Assembly: GCA_010909165.1 (NCBI GenBank)
Contig: VJWM01000044.1
Coordinates: 1,426,001 to 1,490,000, forward strand
Direction: 5' to 3'
Length of the DNA: 64,000 nucleotides
DNA from: Anthoceros angustus
Lineage: Eukaryota; Plantae; Anthocerotophyta
The notes under the pieces are model-generated. The model searched no databases, was not told the origin of the DNA, and saw only the letters and a list, made by a program, of their open reading frames with translations. Shown one piece after another: positions 12,255-25,344 of the stretch (position 1 is its first letter; every line of letters starts with the position of its first letter). A program made the position numbers and the translations under genes.

Positions 12255-12465
12255 GATCAGCAGATCAGCAGCCCTGATCATCAGGTCCGATCCTTCTCCC
12301 TTGTGTTCTGGGTACTGGGTATTGGCCGCTGTAGTTTGTATTTCAGTTCAGCTTGCGAGACGTAGTAACCGTGGGTGCCTGGTTGCTGCCTGCAGATCTG
12401 TCATGCTTCTTCGACGGGATATGTGTCAGCGAGGAGGGAGCTTTTGGTGAAGAAGAGAACTTGTA
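12255..12465 (+). pseudogene. Degenerate duplicate of the RPL9 exon 3 end, intron 3 and exon 4
   Basis: AGATCAGCAGC...CAG/GT...CTTCTCCCTTGTGTTCTGGG...CAG/RTCTGTCATG...GACGGGAT...TCAGCGAG...GAAGAGAAC repeats ~11950-12165, with a deletion and frameshift in the exon copy. Confidence 0.8.
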
Positions 12466-13208
12466 TTCAGTTTTGTTCTTCAGCAATCAAATGATTCGCG
12501 CAGATAAGAGGATCCATTTGTCTTGGAAAGCTTCCAAGTGACACGTTCGACCAAGCGAGAATCAAAGTATGTTTTGAGAGTTTCTTTCTGCCATTCTTCG
12601 CACACGTCATGAAGCTGTCATGGCGCCACGTTTATCAGAACTTCGCTGTCCATTAGAGCCTGATGACTTCATATTATGTATCTTCCCTTCGTAGACATGA
12701 AGGGACGTGCATAAGCACGTCCCTTCACTCGACAGAGCACACTGCCAACCATCGACACCTGCGTATATGGTGTGAAACAAGTCCCTACTCCAGCGGTGGA
12801 TTATCTTCCTCTGGATCACGGTCTTCCGGTTCCCTACCAAAGCATCTAGGTGCATAATCTACCTGCAACGTGACGCCTTTCGCAAGAATGTAGAAAGGCC
12901 AGATGGAGATACTTAATACTACATATGCTATATTTCGAGTGCTTCTTAAACCCTGAACCCTATTTAACTACCTGGTGTGTCTTCAGCAGTCGCCCAGCAC
13001 AAGGACACCTAACTGCCCAATTGCCCAGTTCGTGTGGAGGCCAGTCTAGGTAGTGGTCGGAGTCTGCTATAGCTAGAGTCAGAGTTGCGCGATGTTGCAA
13101 TAAGCCTGAGAGCATTTCCAGGCTGCAGCGGTGAGGCCTGGGGGAGTCGGAGTTCGGCGTGTTAAGCAGCCCGAGCTTTCATCGTCCAGAGGTGCGGGGT
13201 CCGAAGGC

Positions 13209-16200
13209 ATGGCCCCCGAGAGGGGATCGCGGCGATGGGCTGCGAGGGGGTCTGGAGCTGCCCGCGGCCGTGGCCGTGGCCCTGCCACTGGGCCTCTTCC
13301 CTTCCCGCCCTTGTATCCTCCGGCGGCGGGAGAGTATCAGGAGTACCCGATTTTCGGTGGGCAGCAACAGCCAATTTTTCGAGGGCCTAGGCTGAATGAC
13401 CCACTCCAAGCTCCGCCGGGGATGCCTGTGTGGCAGCAACAGCCAATTTTCCGAGGGCCTGGGTCGAATGAGCCGCCCCAGGCACCACCTGGAACTGCGG
13501 GCTACTGTCAGGCATTGTATTCTCCTCACGCTCGCCCGATGCAGGGGTACGGGGGAGGACTTCCTTACGTGCAGCGTGAGGGCATTGTGGAACGCATTGA
13601 GTTGAGAGTCAGCTCTGAGCTGGAGAAACTGCGGGCGGAGGGTCAGAACCGGAGCTTGGAGACCGTGCTTCGGATTGTGGCCTGGCCGCCACCTGGCGCT
13701 CATGATCTGAGGTGGGAAGACATCCCTTCGCTGAGAAGAATTGCAGACATGGAAGCCAGGGTGAGGGGAATAGGGGAATTGGGGCCTTGTGTGTGTTTTG
13801 TGTTTTGTCGCTCTTCTTCACCGTTTGTTTGACTGGGGTCGAGGGATTGTGGGTTTGTTCACAGTGTTGTGTGTTGGTGCAGGTTAATTTGATTATTCAA
13901 TGTCATGTTGCGGCACACCACGTGACCACGTTGCATGATTTGGAGAGGGACGTCGTGGCCAGGGAGAAGCTTAGTCGGTACGAGGACCTTGGGCTGGGAC
14001 CCTTGTGGCGGCACCATGCAGTGGTGAGGTGCTTTGACCTCCCAGAGGACCTGCAGAGCATCTACAAGCTTACTGCAGCAGACGTTGTGCATTCTCTGGC
14101 CTTGTATCTGGAGGGGATTGACAATTCAGCGGAAGTGGATCCGGTGGAGTTTATGGGATATCTAGCTAAGGAAAGGTCCCAGCCGTCAGCAGGGTGTCTA
14201 GGTGTTCGGTTACGGAGTCTGAGGTGAGTTTGTTGCTGCGTTTTCTTTGTTTTGTGAAAGAGGCGGAAACTAAGCTCGAAAGGGTGTGGGTGTGTTTCCC
14301 GCAGACTGTATGTGGGTGCCATTCGTGGAGCTCAAAGGGCGGAGAAGGAGCTGTTAGCTAGGTTTACCGCGCAGGCCAGAGTGAAGGCAGATGTGAACTG
14401 CAGATCTAGAGGGATCATGAAGCGAGTTGGCCGGTTTCTGGACAGCCAGAATGCTACCACCCTTTCTCAACGTCAAGCGACCAAGTCTGGTGTTTCTGGT
14501 CCTCAAAGCAGTGTCAGTGGAGAGCCAGGTCCTAGTGCAGCTGGTGGGACTGACGGTTCTTCAAGTTCTGACATCAGGTCCTCTGGGTTAAGAGGCAAGC
14601 GGAAGAGAAGTCTCTCTTTGGAACGTCCCTTCGTCCCTCCAACAAGCTGTCCCTATCCATCAGCGGCAGAAGAGCAACATCGTCTGCGAAAGAAGCACAA
14701 ACTGGCACCGCAGAAAAGAGATCCGTTCCGTCTAGATCATTCTGATCTCAGGGAGTTCTGGAGAACGCTGAAGGCAGCCAGTAGGAATTCATCTTTTGAG
14801 GGGGTAACTGCCTTAAGTACAACATTCTTGTGTTTGTTATGACCTTAGTTTACCTGGACGTCCGCCTCAGCATTTCATTAACAGCTTTAGCCTTTACAGG
14901 TGCTGAAGGCCCTCAAGAAGATGTGGGTGTATAAAAAGAAGACACCGTCTTTTTGGAAGCACCCTTACCTAGGGCTGCTCAATGTAGCTGTACGCTTTAC
15001 TTCTCCAGCCACCAGAGTCTTGCAATCATGTGAAACTCTTCATGCAGTTGCAATTTCACTTTTTGATTTCTAATTTTCTTGTCAACAGCTCTGGTGTCTC
15101 CTGCTTCCAATCTCTTAGTTAGGCATTTGCTTTTACAGGTTGTAGCTGTAAAGTCCGGTTTGTTGGAGGACTACATTTCCATTCCAGCAGCTAGAACAGG
15201 GAGAACTGTGGAAGTTGAGAGTAGAACCGTGGATCTGGAAGCTGGAAATGAAACCACCAGTAGTGAATCAAAAGCGACAGGTCAACTTTTTTTAGCTGGA
15301 ATGAATTTGCTACTTTGTGCATGTTCTGACATTGTGAGTGTCCTTCACCTTGTTTTGTACTTGATTATAGTTTTTGTTTCTTTCTCCCAGGTCCAAACCT
15401 GGAGGAGCTTCTAACCTTGGTAGTTAAGGACTTTGAGAACTTTTCTGTGGCTAATCTCGCCAGACTATCTCAAACTTTTGATTGTGTCAATGACAATGGA
15501 ACTTGCGATGTCTGGTGGGCAAACCTCATATGGGTTGCAGAATGTAGCCAGAGACTGGAGGACGAATTATGTAGACATTATCCAGGAAGTTCTCCGCCTG
15601 AGGCAATCTGTGCCTTTATACTTCAGAAGTGGAACTCGCTGCCTGACCAGCTAAGAAAGTTCATGATACCTAGGTCTGGAGGAGTATCGCAGGTGGCTGT
15701 TAAGGTGCCTGAACACAGGCTTATAGCTTTTTGTAGGCAGGCTTCCTTAGCAGCAAAGAACAGTGAGGACAGTGACATGCAGCACACCATTAGGATTCAG
15801 ATTTGTGATCAGTTCCAAACAGGCTTAGAGGAATTAAGGCACCTCCAAATTAAGCAGCTGATAGGCTGTTCAGAGACTTCTGAAACATCGGTGCTTTACT
15901 CTGCCGCGCTATTTCCAAGGATTCAAGGCTTGGTTGATCGGAATGACCAGGATGCAATCAGGAATCCTACGGTGTGGGGACGTAAGACAGATCTAGATGC
16001 TTTATGTTGCCTGCAACGAGTGCCCCCTCTGTGTGACTTATCCTTCTGGTCACATTGGGATTTCATATTTGCTCCCTGGCTGGGAAGTCTACAGGAATGG
16101 ATTGAGAAGGCAGGGAAGGGCAAGTTGACTATTCTGGTGACAACTGGAGGAAAGCTTTTGCGTGTTGATGTAGCCCAGCCCAACGATTTTGTAATAGCTG

Positions 16201-19200
16201 TATCAAACAAATCTGCACGTGAGATTGCTGCGTGCATAGCATCACTATTTGTTAACTATGGGGGAGCTGGCCATGTTCCACAATCGCTGTTGCAGTCGTA
16301 TACCACGAAAGGGCTTAAGCTAAGGCTGGAATCTGGTCTGACCTACAGTGCAGAAGGAGAACTCAGCGCACGCCAGGAAAAGGATTTGGCTTTTCTGATT
16401 CTCGAGTGTCTGCAGCATCTGCCATCCGAGCTGCGTATATTGGCGGCTCAAATGTTCCTGGACTCAATGAAGGAGCTGGACATGGAGCCGTTCTCTTTGA
16501 TTTGGCAGTCCTGCAGAACAGATGAGCAGCGCATTATGCTACAGAGGATTGGGTTTGAACTCGGGACTGTGGAATGGATAGACGACCATCACCCATGTGA
16601 TAGTTTGGGGAACCTTGAGGTGTGTGATCAGCAAGGAGTTCCTGTGGTCGAAAAGGATGCCTTCCAGCAGATTGCTACCAATATTTACTTTCAGCCAGTA
16701 TCGCCCTCTGACCCTGGACACACGGCTGGAGGAAATCTTGGGCCTGTGGAAGTTTCTACACATGCACATAGCGGTAGCATGTCTCCTCCTCCCTCTGAAA
16801 TCCCATGTGCAGAACCTAGGGCTGTTATCGAGGCCATTCGGCGTGAAGAGTTTGGATTAGGGCCAGAGCTGGAAACATCAGAGAAAAAGCTCCTTGCCAA
16901 ACAGCATGCTCGCATGGGTCGGGCTTTGGACAGACTTTCCCGGGACCTCTACTCTGAAGATGCACATTTTGGTTTCGAACTGGTAATTGTTTTGTGTTTG
17001 GAGTCTGTTGAGGTGCATTTGTTGGAAACAGACAGGCAGCATACTAGGGTAGTTTCTTATTTTTTTGGAGGTTTGTTGCAGATCCAGAACGCAGACGACA
17101 ACAGTTATGAGCTTGGTGTTGAAGCTACCCTGGTGTTTGTGATACGTGTTGATGACATATTAGTCTTAAACAACGAAACAGGCTTCACGGAAGCGAATAT
17201 GCGAGCTCTGTGTGACATTGGTAATTCCACAAAAGCAGGAAGAGCTGGATACATAGGCCAGAAGGGAATTGGGTTTAGGTCTGCGTTTCGGGTCAGTGTA
17301 CCAAATTCGCAATGTGTTTATACCATCTTGTTGCGGTTGTTTCTCTGAGTGTTCGTCTTTTGTTGTTGTTCTGTGTTTTGGTCTGTCTTATAACTGTCCA
17401 GATTCATGATTGGCAGGTTAGTAATGCACCAGAGGTCCATTCCAAGGGATACCATGTGAAGTTTGATGTTTCTGAAGGGCAAGTTGGATTCCTAGCTCCA
17501 ACACTGATACCCGCGCTTCCTGCCTGTGGGTTCTTATCTGCTGACTTGGGAATGCAACTTGGCAGATTGTGGACAACACAAATCAGGCTGCCCTTAAAGC
17601 CAGCAATTCAAGCGAGTGGACCTATGTCCAAGCTGGCAAAAAAGTTTGACAACTTTCACCCGTCATTGCTCCTCTTTCTTCAGAAGTTGAAGTGCATAGC
17701 TGTTCAGAATGAGGTCACTGGTTCAACGCATGTCTTGAGGAGAAAGGATTTGGGAGAGAATCTTGTCAGTGTAGTGTCCGACAAGGCTGGTGTGAAGGCT
17801 GATATGACATGGCTTGTTGTTCGGAGCAAACTAGAGTCTGCCATTTGCAGAGCCGGAGTAAGAACGACAGAAATAGTTTTGGCCTTTCCAGTGATGCAAG
17901 ATAATTTAGGAGGTTACCTGCCTCACTATGACAAACAAAAAGTATTTTCGTTTCTTCCCTTGAGGCGATATGGACTTAGATTTATTCTCCACGCTGACTT
18001 CATTCTCACGTCTTCTCGGGAAGAGGTGGACAGGGACAATGCTTGGAATGAGTGGGTGCTTTCGGAAGTCCCGACCTTATTCTTGGAAGCATTGAATAAA
18101 TTCAAGCGTTTTTCTCCTCCAAGAAGTCTTGGTCAAGTGGTAGAAGCTTACATGGGTTTCGTTCCTCTTGATGGAGAGGTGCTTGGATTCTTCGCACCTC
18201 TACCCAGACTTATTTTATCTCGCTTACGAGCCTCAGAGTGTCTTCCGATTGATGGTAAAGCAGGTTGGGCGCTTCCATGCTTCATGTTGAGGAGTTGGAG
18301 TGCTCAGTTCCGTAGTGTGGTGCCTGATACTATGTTGGAAGAACATCTGGGCCTTCACTTCTTGGACAAGGATGTTAATCTCCCAGACACCTTGGCAGAG
18401 AGCTTGGGCATCCAGAGTTATGGAAGTCACACGCTTGTGTCATTAATGGCAGCTGTATCTCGGAAGCGCAGTTTCTTGGAATCTCATGGACACAGATGGA
18501 TTAGGTACTGGTTGGTTCTTCTCTATGGTTCCATTCACAGACCAGAAGAACCAACTTCAGTTTCAAGTACACTGCAAAAATTGCATGACCTGCCTTTCAT
18601 CCCTTTGTCAAATGGGACTTTCTCAAGTTTGTCAAAGGGACCTTTATGGTTCCTTGGTGGAAATGCTATGGACGCAGTTTTCAGCAGTTTCCCTTTGCTA
18701 TCGGCTGAGTTGCAAACAGTGCACTCAGGGTTAATGTGGCCTACTGATGATGACAAGGGGCAGGATGATACTGGCGTTCTGGTAGGATGTGAGGTGGACA
18801 CAGACAAGGTGAGACAGCTTTTGTCGATGCTTGGGGTTCACCAAGTCTCCTGCCACGAAGTTATCAAGACGCATGTGCTACCAGCATTTAATGACAACCA
18901 GTGTCTCACAAAGAACCCAGCCCTCGTGGTGGAGTATTTGGCTTTTACCATGCTGCATTTGCAATCAGATTGCTCGCAGTGCAAGCATGGTAACTCAGTG
19001 ATTGACGCAGGTCTGAAGGAGTATGCTGTCATCCTTACAAACGGTGGTCTCAAGCGAGTTGGCTCAGAACCCATTCACTTTCCGAGAATCATGGGGAATC
19101 ATGTAAATGTGAAGCCTATTTTGGAAGGTACAGGCATGGTATGGAATGAGATAGATGCTGCCTACCTGAAGCTCAACGTTGGCTGTCTACCCGAGAGGTT

Positions 19201-22106
19201 CAGTGTCCAACGCTGGCGCAGCTTTTTCACAGAGTTGGGAGTCTCAGACTTTTTAGAGACAAAGGCAGTTCCACGGAGGACCGGGTCTGTGATTGAGCAG
19301 GGAACGGAAGTCAGTGGCACTTCATATGATTGGACCTGTCCTGAACTTTTAGGCTTACTACAGGCACTATGTGGGCGTGCTATGAAGCGTGAACAGAGGT
19401 TCCGCCAAAAACAGCTAGAAATGCTTCTGAAGGAGCTTGACAGGTGGTGGGATGAAGGATTCAAACAGAGCCCTGAGCCTACTTTCATCTCACAACTTCG
19501 GCAGTTAAAATGCTTGAAGTCAAGCCTCACTGGACAGTTGGAATTGCCCACAGATCTTTTTGACAAATGTTCCGGAGTAGAAATGATTTTGGGTGCCAAT
19601 GCTCCATATTCCTTGCCACAGGTTTGTATACCAAGCAGTTTCTTGTGCATATTCGTGTCTGATGGGGTACATTCAGGCTGATGAGGTTTTCTTTTTATTT
19701 GTCAGCTAAGCAACAAAGGTTTGAAAGAAGCATTGGGGTTGCGCAGTAAAGTCTCAGTAAGTGATGCACTGTGGGTTCTACGAAAGTGGCAGAACTGCAA
19801 GCATCAAATTGTGGCAAGGTTGACGTTGTACCTGATGTGTCTTACTAAACACAGTTTGCTAGCTGTGCACATCAGTTTGAAGCTCCAACACTTGTTTATT
19901 GCTCTCACTGTTAACGCCTATCAATGTTGCAACCTGCAGCTGTTCTCAGATGGAGCAATTGTACAACCTCCTGTGTCAGGCCACAGGCACCGAGAGAGAG
20001 GCCATGTTGCAATTTATGATGTCTTCTCCATCAATATTGCTCCCTAAGAAGTTTGTGAATGCCCCTGAACAGTCAAGTGCTTGCTGGATGGATTTGCACA
20101 TGGCTAGAGATACTTACTGGGAAGATCCCACTGGGGCTGTGAAGGCAGCTCTGGAGACAAAGAGCGAGAGCTGTGCAGAAGTCCACGTTCCAATCCAGAT
20201 AATATATCCAAAGCTGCATGCATTTTTTGTGGAAGAATGCCGGGTTCCACAGAGACCAAGTTTTGATGTGCTCTTCAAGGCACTTGTCTGCCTCTCCACC
20301 TCGTCTAGTCCTTATGAATGTCTGAGACCGGTATGATTCTGAAGTGATTTCAGTTTCACTTGAATCTCTTTTGTGTTGTGTAGGGGCTTATTTCTAACGT
20401 GTGGCTGTCCCTGCAGGTTGTGGAAGTATTTAGATCGTTGTCCCGTGATTTACAATGTGCAAGTGTGCAGCCCAGCGAGGTTGCGAGGTGGAAGTCCTGC
20501 TTCGAGGAAGAGAGAACTCGTGTACTGCCAACAATGCAAAATAAGTGGGTGTCTTTGAATCCGAGGGATGGTGTTATCTGTGTGTCAGATGATGTGACTC
20601 TCAGAGAAAGATTGAGTACCATCATGGACCAAGTGCACTTCTTACTTCTGTTTCACGATGATGGGAAACCAGATCGAGAAATGGGGATTTCTAACATGAG
20701 TGACTTCTTACCTCTCATTAGAGAACTCAAGATTCCACTTCTATCTGAGGTAAACATACTTGAATTGCCTTATTCATCACACTGAAGCCCTTCTCTGCTT
20801 AATCATTGCTATTCAACAGATCTTGAATGTGGAGGTGATTGCCCGGGGTCATGAAGATGGAAGTGCTTTGCTTAGGAGTCTATGGTGGAGTATTCCTTAT
20901 ATCCAACGATACTTGCTGAAGAACTTTCCGGAAAAATACGAGAAGCTGCAGAGTGCAGATATAGGCAGAAAAGTGAGCAGGCTAGAATGTCACATTGTCA
21001 GCCAGCTGCAGTCTCGGCATGTGTTGAAACAACTGAATTGGTCAAGTGTGCCCAAAGAATGCTCATGCATCTTGCAGGTAAATTCTGGCAATACCTGTCA
21101 TATATGGTCTGTGAAATGCAGGGAATACTATTTCTTGGATGTATTGGAGACTCTGTGTTGACAATAGGTGCTCGCTTCTTGGCAGGAGAGTACTTTGCTA
21201 GTCACACAACCATACCAGTTGTTCATCATATTTTTGGAACTCTCCAAGGTGTTTCTGTCAGGGCATTCAAAGTTGCAGTTGGAGTTAGCCAACTTTTTAC
21301 AGCTTCTATCCAACATGCGGCAGTCAGGGGCCTCTACGTCGGAGGTTGAAGATTTTGTGGTCAGAGTGCAGGGCATACCTCCTCTAGCGTTTAATGGAGC
21401 TTCTTGTGGCACTTGGGTAGAAGCCGACTTCTCCTTAAGATATCAGAATAGGGTTGCAGACCACCCAACTGCAGATGCTTCACTCGCGGAAGAAAAGCTT
21501 GACAGATTAGGAACAGGAGATTATCAGGATGCCTGCAAAGCTGAAGGGGAATCAGCAAACATGGCATATGCTGCTGCCGACATGGGCAAGCAAAGCATTG
21601 CTGCTCAAAATGCCTCAGAGGAAGTCTTCCTGCATTCCGGTGAAAGGGCTTTTGCACTTGACAGCAGACTTAGGCGTGGTCATTCCCCAAGAGGACACCT
21701 TCACTTGACTACGGGGAGATTGGGTGAAGAAACTGCATTTATGTACCTTGCCGAACAGCATGGTGCTGCATGTGTAACATGGGTCAATGAGGGAGCAGAG
21801 TCTGGAACGCCCTTCGACCTCATTGTGAACCACGAGTCTGGCGGTCAAACTTTTGTGGAGGTGAAAACCACTCGGTCTGATGATAAAGACTGGTTTGAGA
21901 TCTCACAGCGGGAGTGGGAGTGTGCTCAGATGAAAGGAGACAATTACATGATCCTGAGGGTGCAGCTTGGGCACCCACCTCGTTTTCTTGAACTGCGGAA
22001 TCCTGTCAAGTTGTGCCAGGACAAGCGTCTTCAGCTGGCTATGCTACTGCCGGATAGTGTTCACTTTCAGCTGGCAAATGCGGCTCCGGTTCAGAGGCAA
22101 CTCTGA
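13209..22106 (+). CDS. NOV: NO VEIN-like protein (large multi-exon; sacsin-type GHKL ATPase domain and C-terminal DUF3883 nuclease-like domain)
   Basis: N-terminal EDIPSLRRIADMEARVNLIIQCHVAAHHVTTLHDLE...LGLGPL; IEAIRREEFGL...LYSEDAHFGFEL(V)QNADDNSY; NNETGFTEANMRALCDIGNSTK...GYIGQKGIGF; FSFLPLRRYGLRFILHADFILTSSREEVD; C-terminal TGRLGEE...WVNEGAESGTPFDL...FVEVKTTRSDDKDWFEISQREWE. Confidence 0.93.
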
Positions 22107-23124
22107 ATTTATATCCTACAATTAGCTCATCCCAGATAAGCCTACCGCTCCGTCCATTCATTTACTTGTTCACTCTCCATGTTGTCCTGTCCTGAACTGT
22201 GGTTCTTGGTGGCATAACCATCATTGACTTTAGGCTACCTATGATGCCAGACCTGCTGCAGGCCCTTCTGGCTGAGGTATTGTGATGCGGTTCACAACCT
22301 AATTCCTCAATGCATTGGAATCAATTTTGCTCTCCTTCAATGCATGGGAATCAGTTTTGCACTTTCTTGGGCTGTTGCATCTCAAGATGCAGTTGGAACT
22401 TGGGACTGGGTATCATGAAATGGAAGTTTCATTTATTAGTGTTACGACTGCCCAAATATTTTAAGCTTTAAACGCTTATTCGTGTGGAAATCACCAGGTC
22501 TACATGATGGACGCCAGTGTACATACTCTGAAAGCATTGCAACACGCTGCAACAAAACACGAGTCGGTCATGGGTCAGGCCGACCTGACCCACGAAAGCT
22601 TTCGGCCAAAAAGTGTGGGAATTTTGTGTGAATGATCTGACAAAACGTGCGAATCCTTCAAATATCTGTTGTGATAAGTTAAGAGATCCGACACCAAAAG
22701 AATATGGCATCTGAGATGACCTCTGTCAAGTGCCATGCTCCATACCGTACGCACTTCCAAGTGGAAAAGAGGGCAATGTTGTTAGCCCCAAACGTTTTTG
22801 CCTCTGGAAAACATCACGGATCTGCACAAGTGTGGGAAAGCTCCAAATTGGAAGGACCCCATGAGCAGCCGAGTGCGGGTATCTCTTGACTGACGGGCGT
22901 CAGGGCTGTCTGAACAGCTTACTAATGGCGTTGTACATGTTTGCTTACAGGATGACCTACAGCTCGCAATGTGACCCAGCGCCCTTAATGCATTTTCTGC
23001 AGATCCGCTAGCATCACGACACGAATGGAATTAACATCTGCACGCTGGTCTCGGTAGTTAGCTTGCATCGAGGAGCGGGTGGGAGTCCAGGAAGGTGGAA
23101 AAGAAGCGGTGAATGGGGCGGCAA

Positions 23125-24140
23125 TCACAAAGAATTTGCCTTTCTCCTCAACCGTCTCCTGTTTCTGGCCCGCGTGAAGCTGCTGCCGCTGCTGTCATCA
23201 AAGGAGGAAAATGCACCCAGCAGCTCCGGATCATGGACATCTGCCGCAGCTCCTGCAGCAGGCTGCTGCTCGGCCAGAAGCGGTTCGGCATGCTCACCAT
23301 CCTTCCAACCCAATGCCCGCGCCCTCCGCTCCCACAGAGCCGCCAACTTGTCGGACACCACCAACGCCGCCTCCGCTCGCTCTCTGACCTCCTCGCTGGT
23401 CTCCATGCCTATGTTGCATTTCTCCGCCTCTTTTTGGTACTGCGATGTGAGCTTCTTAGCGTCAAGGAAGGCGGAATCGGAGCGCTCCTGGTTGTCAGCC
23501 GCCACTTTCTCCTGCAATGCCAACTCCTCTTGCAGGAGCTGCACCTTGCTGGAGTGCAGCTCGCCCTGCAGGTTTGAATCGTCGCTGGCGCAATCTGCCG
23601 GCCGGGGACACGACAGGAAACCGGATCAGCTCACCTCAGGGCAGGGCAGGGCAGGGCAGAGCAGGGAATGGCAGGGAAGGGAATGGAAGGGAAGGGCATG
23701 GGAGGGCAGGGAAGGGCATGGGAGGGCAGGGAAGGGAAGAGAAGGGCAGAGCACGCGCAAGCAAGCAAGCAAGCGACGGATCGATCCGCCCGGTACCTGC
23801 AAGCGAGACATTGCCCAGCCCTGCACGTGATCAGGCCAGACATCTGGTCAGAAACAAAGCCGAGCCTGCAGGCGAGACATGCGGAAAGGCAGAGTGTGGA
23901 GCAGGAGCAGGAGCAGGAGCAGGTACCAAGATCGAGGTCAGCCAAGGCGGAGTCGGATCCGGGGAGCGAGTCGCAAAGGCAGACGCAGTCGGGGCAGTGG
24001 GAGTCTGAGGCAGGTTCCACCCGCCCCACAAAACGCCAGTAGAGGGGCGGCCCGAGAATGTAGAAGCCTACCCCGGCTGCAAGCAGGCAAATGAGGAGCT
24101 TGAGGCGGGAACGCGTCAGGCTGCAGCCCTGCTGGGCCAT
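23125..24140 (-). CDS. DUF1068 family membrane-anchored coiled-coil protein (2 exons: 24140-~23926, ~23594-23125)
   Basis: GFYILGPPLYW...CPDCVCLCDS and LQEELALQE...LDAKKLTSQYQKEAEKCNIGMETSEEVRERAE...LWERRARALGWKDG are the characteristic DUF1068 motifs. Confidence 0.9.
23638..23775 (+). repeat. Polypurine pentamer repeat (GGGCA/GGGAA)n followed by (GCAA)n, in the DUF1068 intron
   Basis: GGGCAGGGCAGGGCAG...GGGAAGGGCATGGGAGGGCAGGGAAGGG read directly. A (GAGCAG)4 run lies at ~23897-23922. Confidence 0.85.
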
Positions 24141-25344
24141 TGCCCCCTCACCTCAGCCTGCCTTCGATCTTTGCTTGCTTGCACCAGCAAGCTCCCACGC
24201 GAATGCTTCTGCTGCTCTCTGGGGGACGCGATCCGCCAGGCTCTACACGATGCCAAATATGTTGCGTGCTGGATCTGGGCTGTGCGCCAGCATCACCATC
24301 ACTTCCTCCCAATGCCGTTTTCTCACCCCGTGCTATTTCTGGCAATCGCGCCCATTTCTCTTTTTTACTAACAATTTTGTTCTAGCCCCTCCCAACCCTA
24401 ATTATGAGACCTTCATCCTGCACTTTCATGGCTTTCTAGCTTGTCGAGCAGTGCAGCTGGTTCATCAGGTTTGCCACTTGAGAACCTAGGCACTAACCAG
24501 TGAGGGCGAGAGCCTCTGGCCCACTCTGGGGCAGCTTTTGCCGCACAAAGACAACTTACAAACAAGCTTGTAACACGATTTATCAATGGGATAAGAAGAA
24601 TGCGGTGAATACTCAAGCTATATACATCGCTTGTATATTAGAATAGAGTGATTATTTTTTCTCCAAATGTAGATGAGACTTTATTACCTATAAAGAATGC
24701 AATGCATAGTGAACCTCAAAACTTCGGAGAGTTTTTTTTTCTCATTTTTCTTTATTTAACAATAACTGAATGAACAAAAATTGGATGGCTCACCTCTAAA
24801 CTTGACAATATGATGCATCTAAGTACTCATGTGTCTGAACAACAATTTTGTCATCAAAAGTGCGCTTCACTATGTTCGGTAGCCCTCCCCATGAACATGA
24901 CAAGGCACACAACACTAACATCTTTGCCTGGTGTCGATGCGTCTTACCGAAGCTTTTTTAGCAAACTTGTGGGCACATAGAATAGTACACCATGTAAACA
25001 TACTTGCAAAAAACTGGATTGAAAGGAAATCTATACCATGTCCAAGGATTTTTCCAGAGGGGAAAATCTGGCCTACCAAAAAACTGAGGAGATGCATAGG
25101 TTTTTTAAAGAGTTTTTCCGGAGTAGGTTGGGAAACAAAGCTTGCTTTATTTATGTGTATTGGCGGTGTGCACGAGGGAACCTGACACAACCCGGGGGGA
25201 TTTTATTTTGTATAAAAAAATTGGTTTTTCTTTCTTAAAGTTAGTTTTTATGCCTGGTTGTGTTTGCGGCGTGTAAAAAAAGTGCAATATTATTTGGCAT
25301 TTTCTGCATCAATATCTTTAGTGATAATTGTTGTAGTAGTTGTT

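Noticed and set aside
22200-23050. Short ORFs between NOV and DUF1068
   Set aside because: No motifs or consistent splice pattern; compatible with convergent 3' UTRs.
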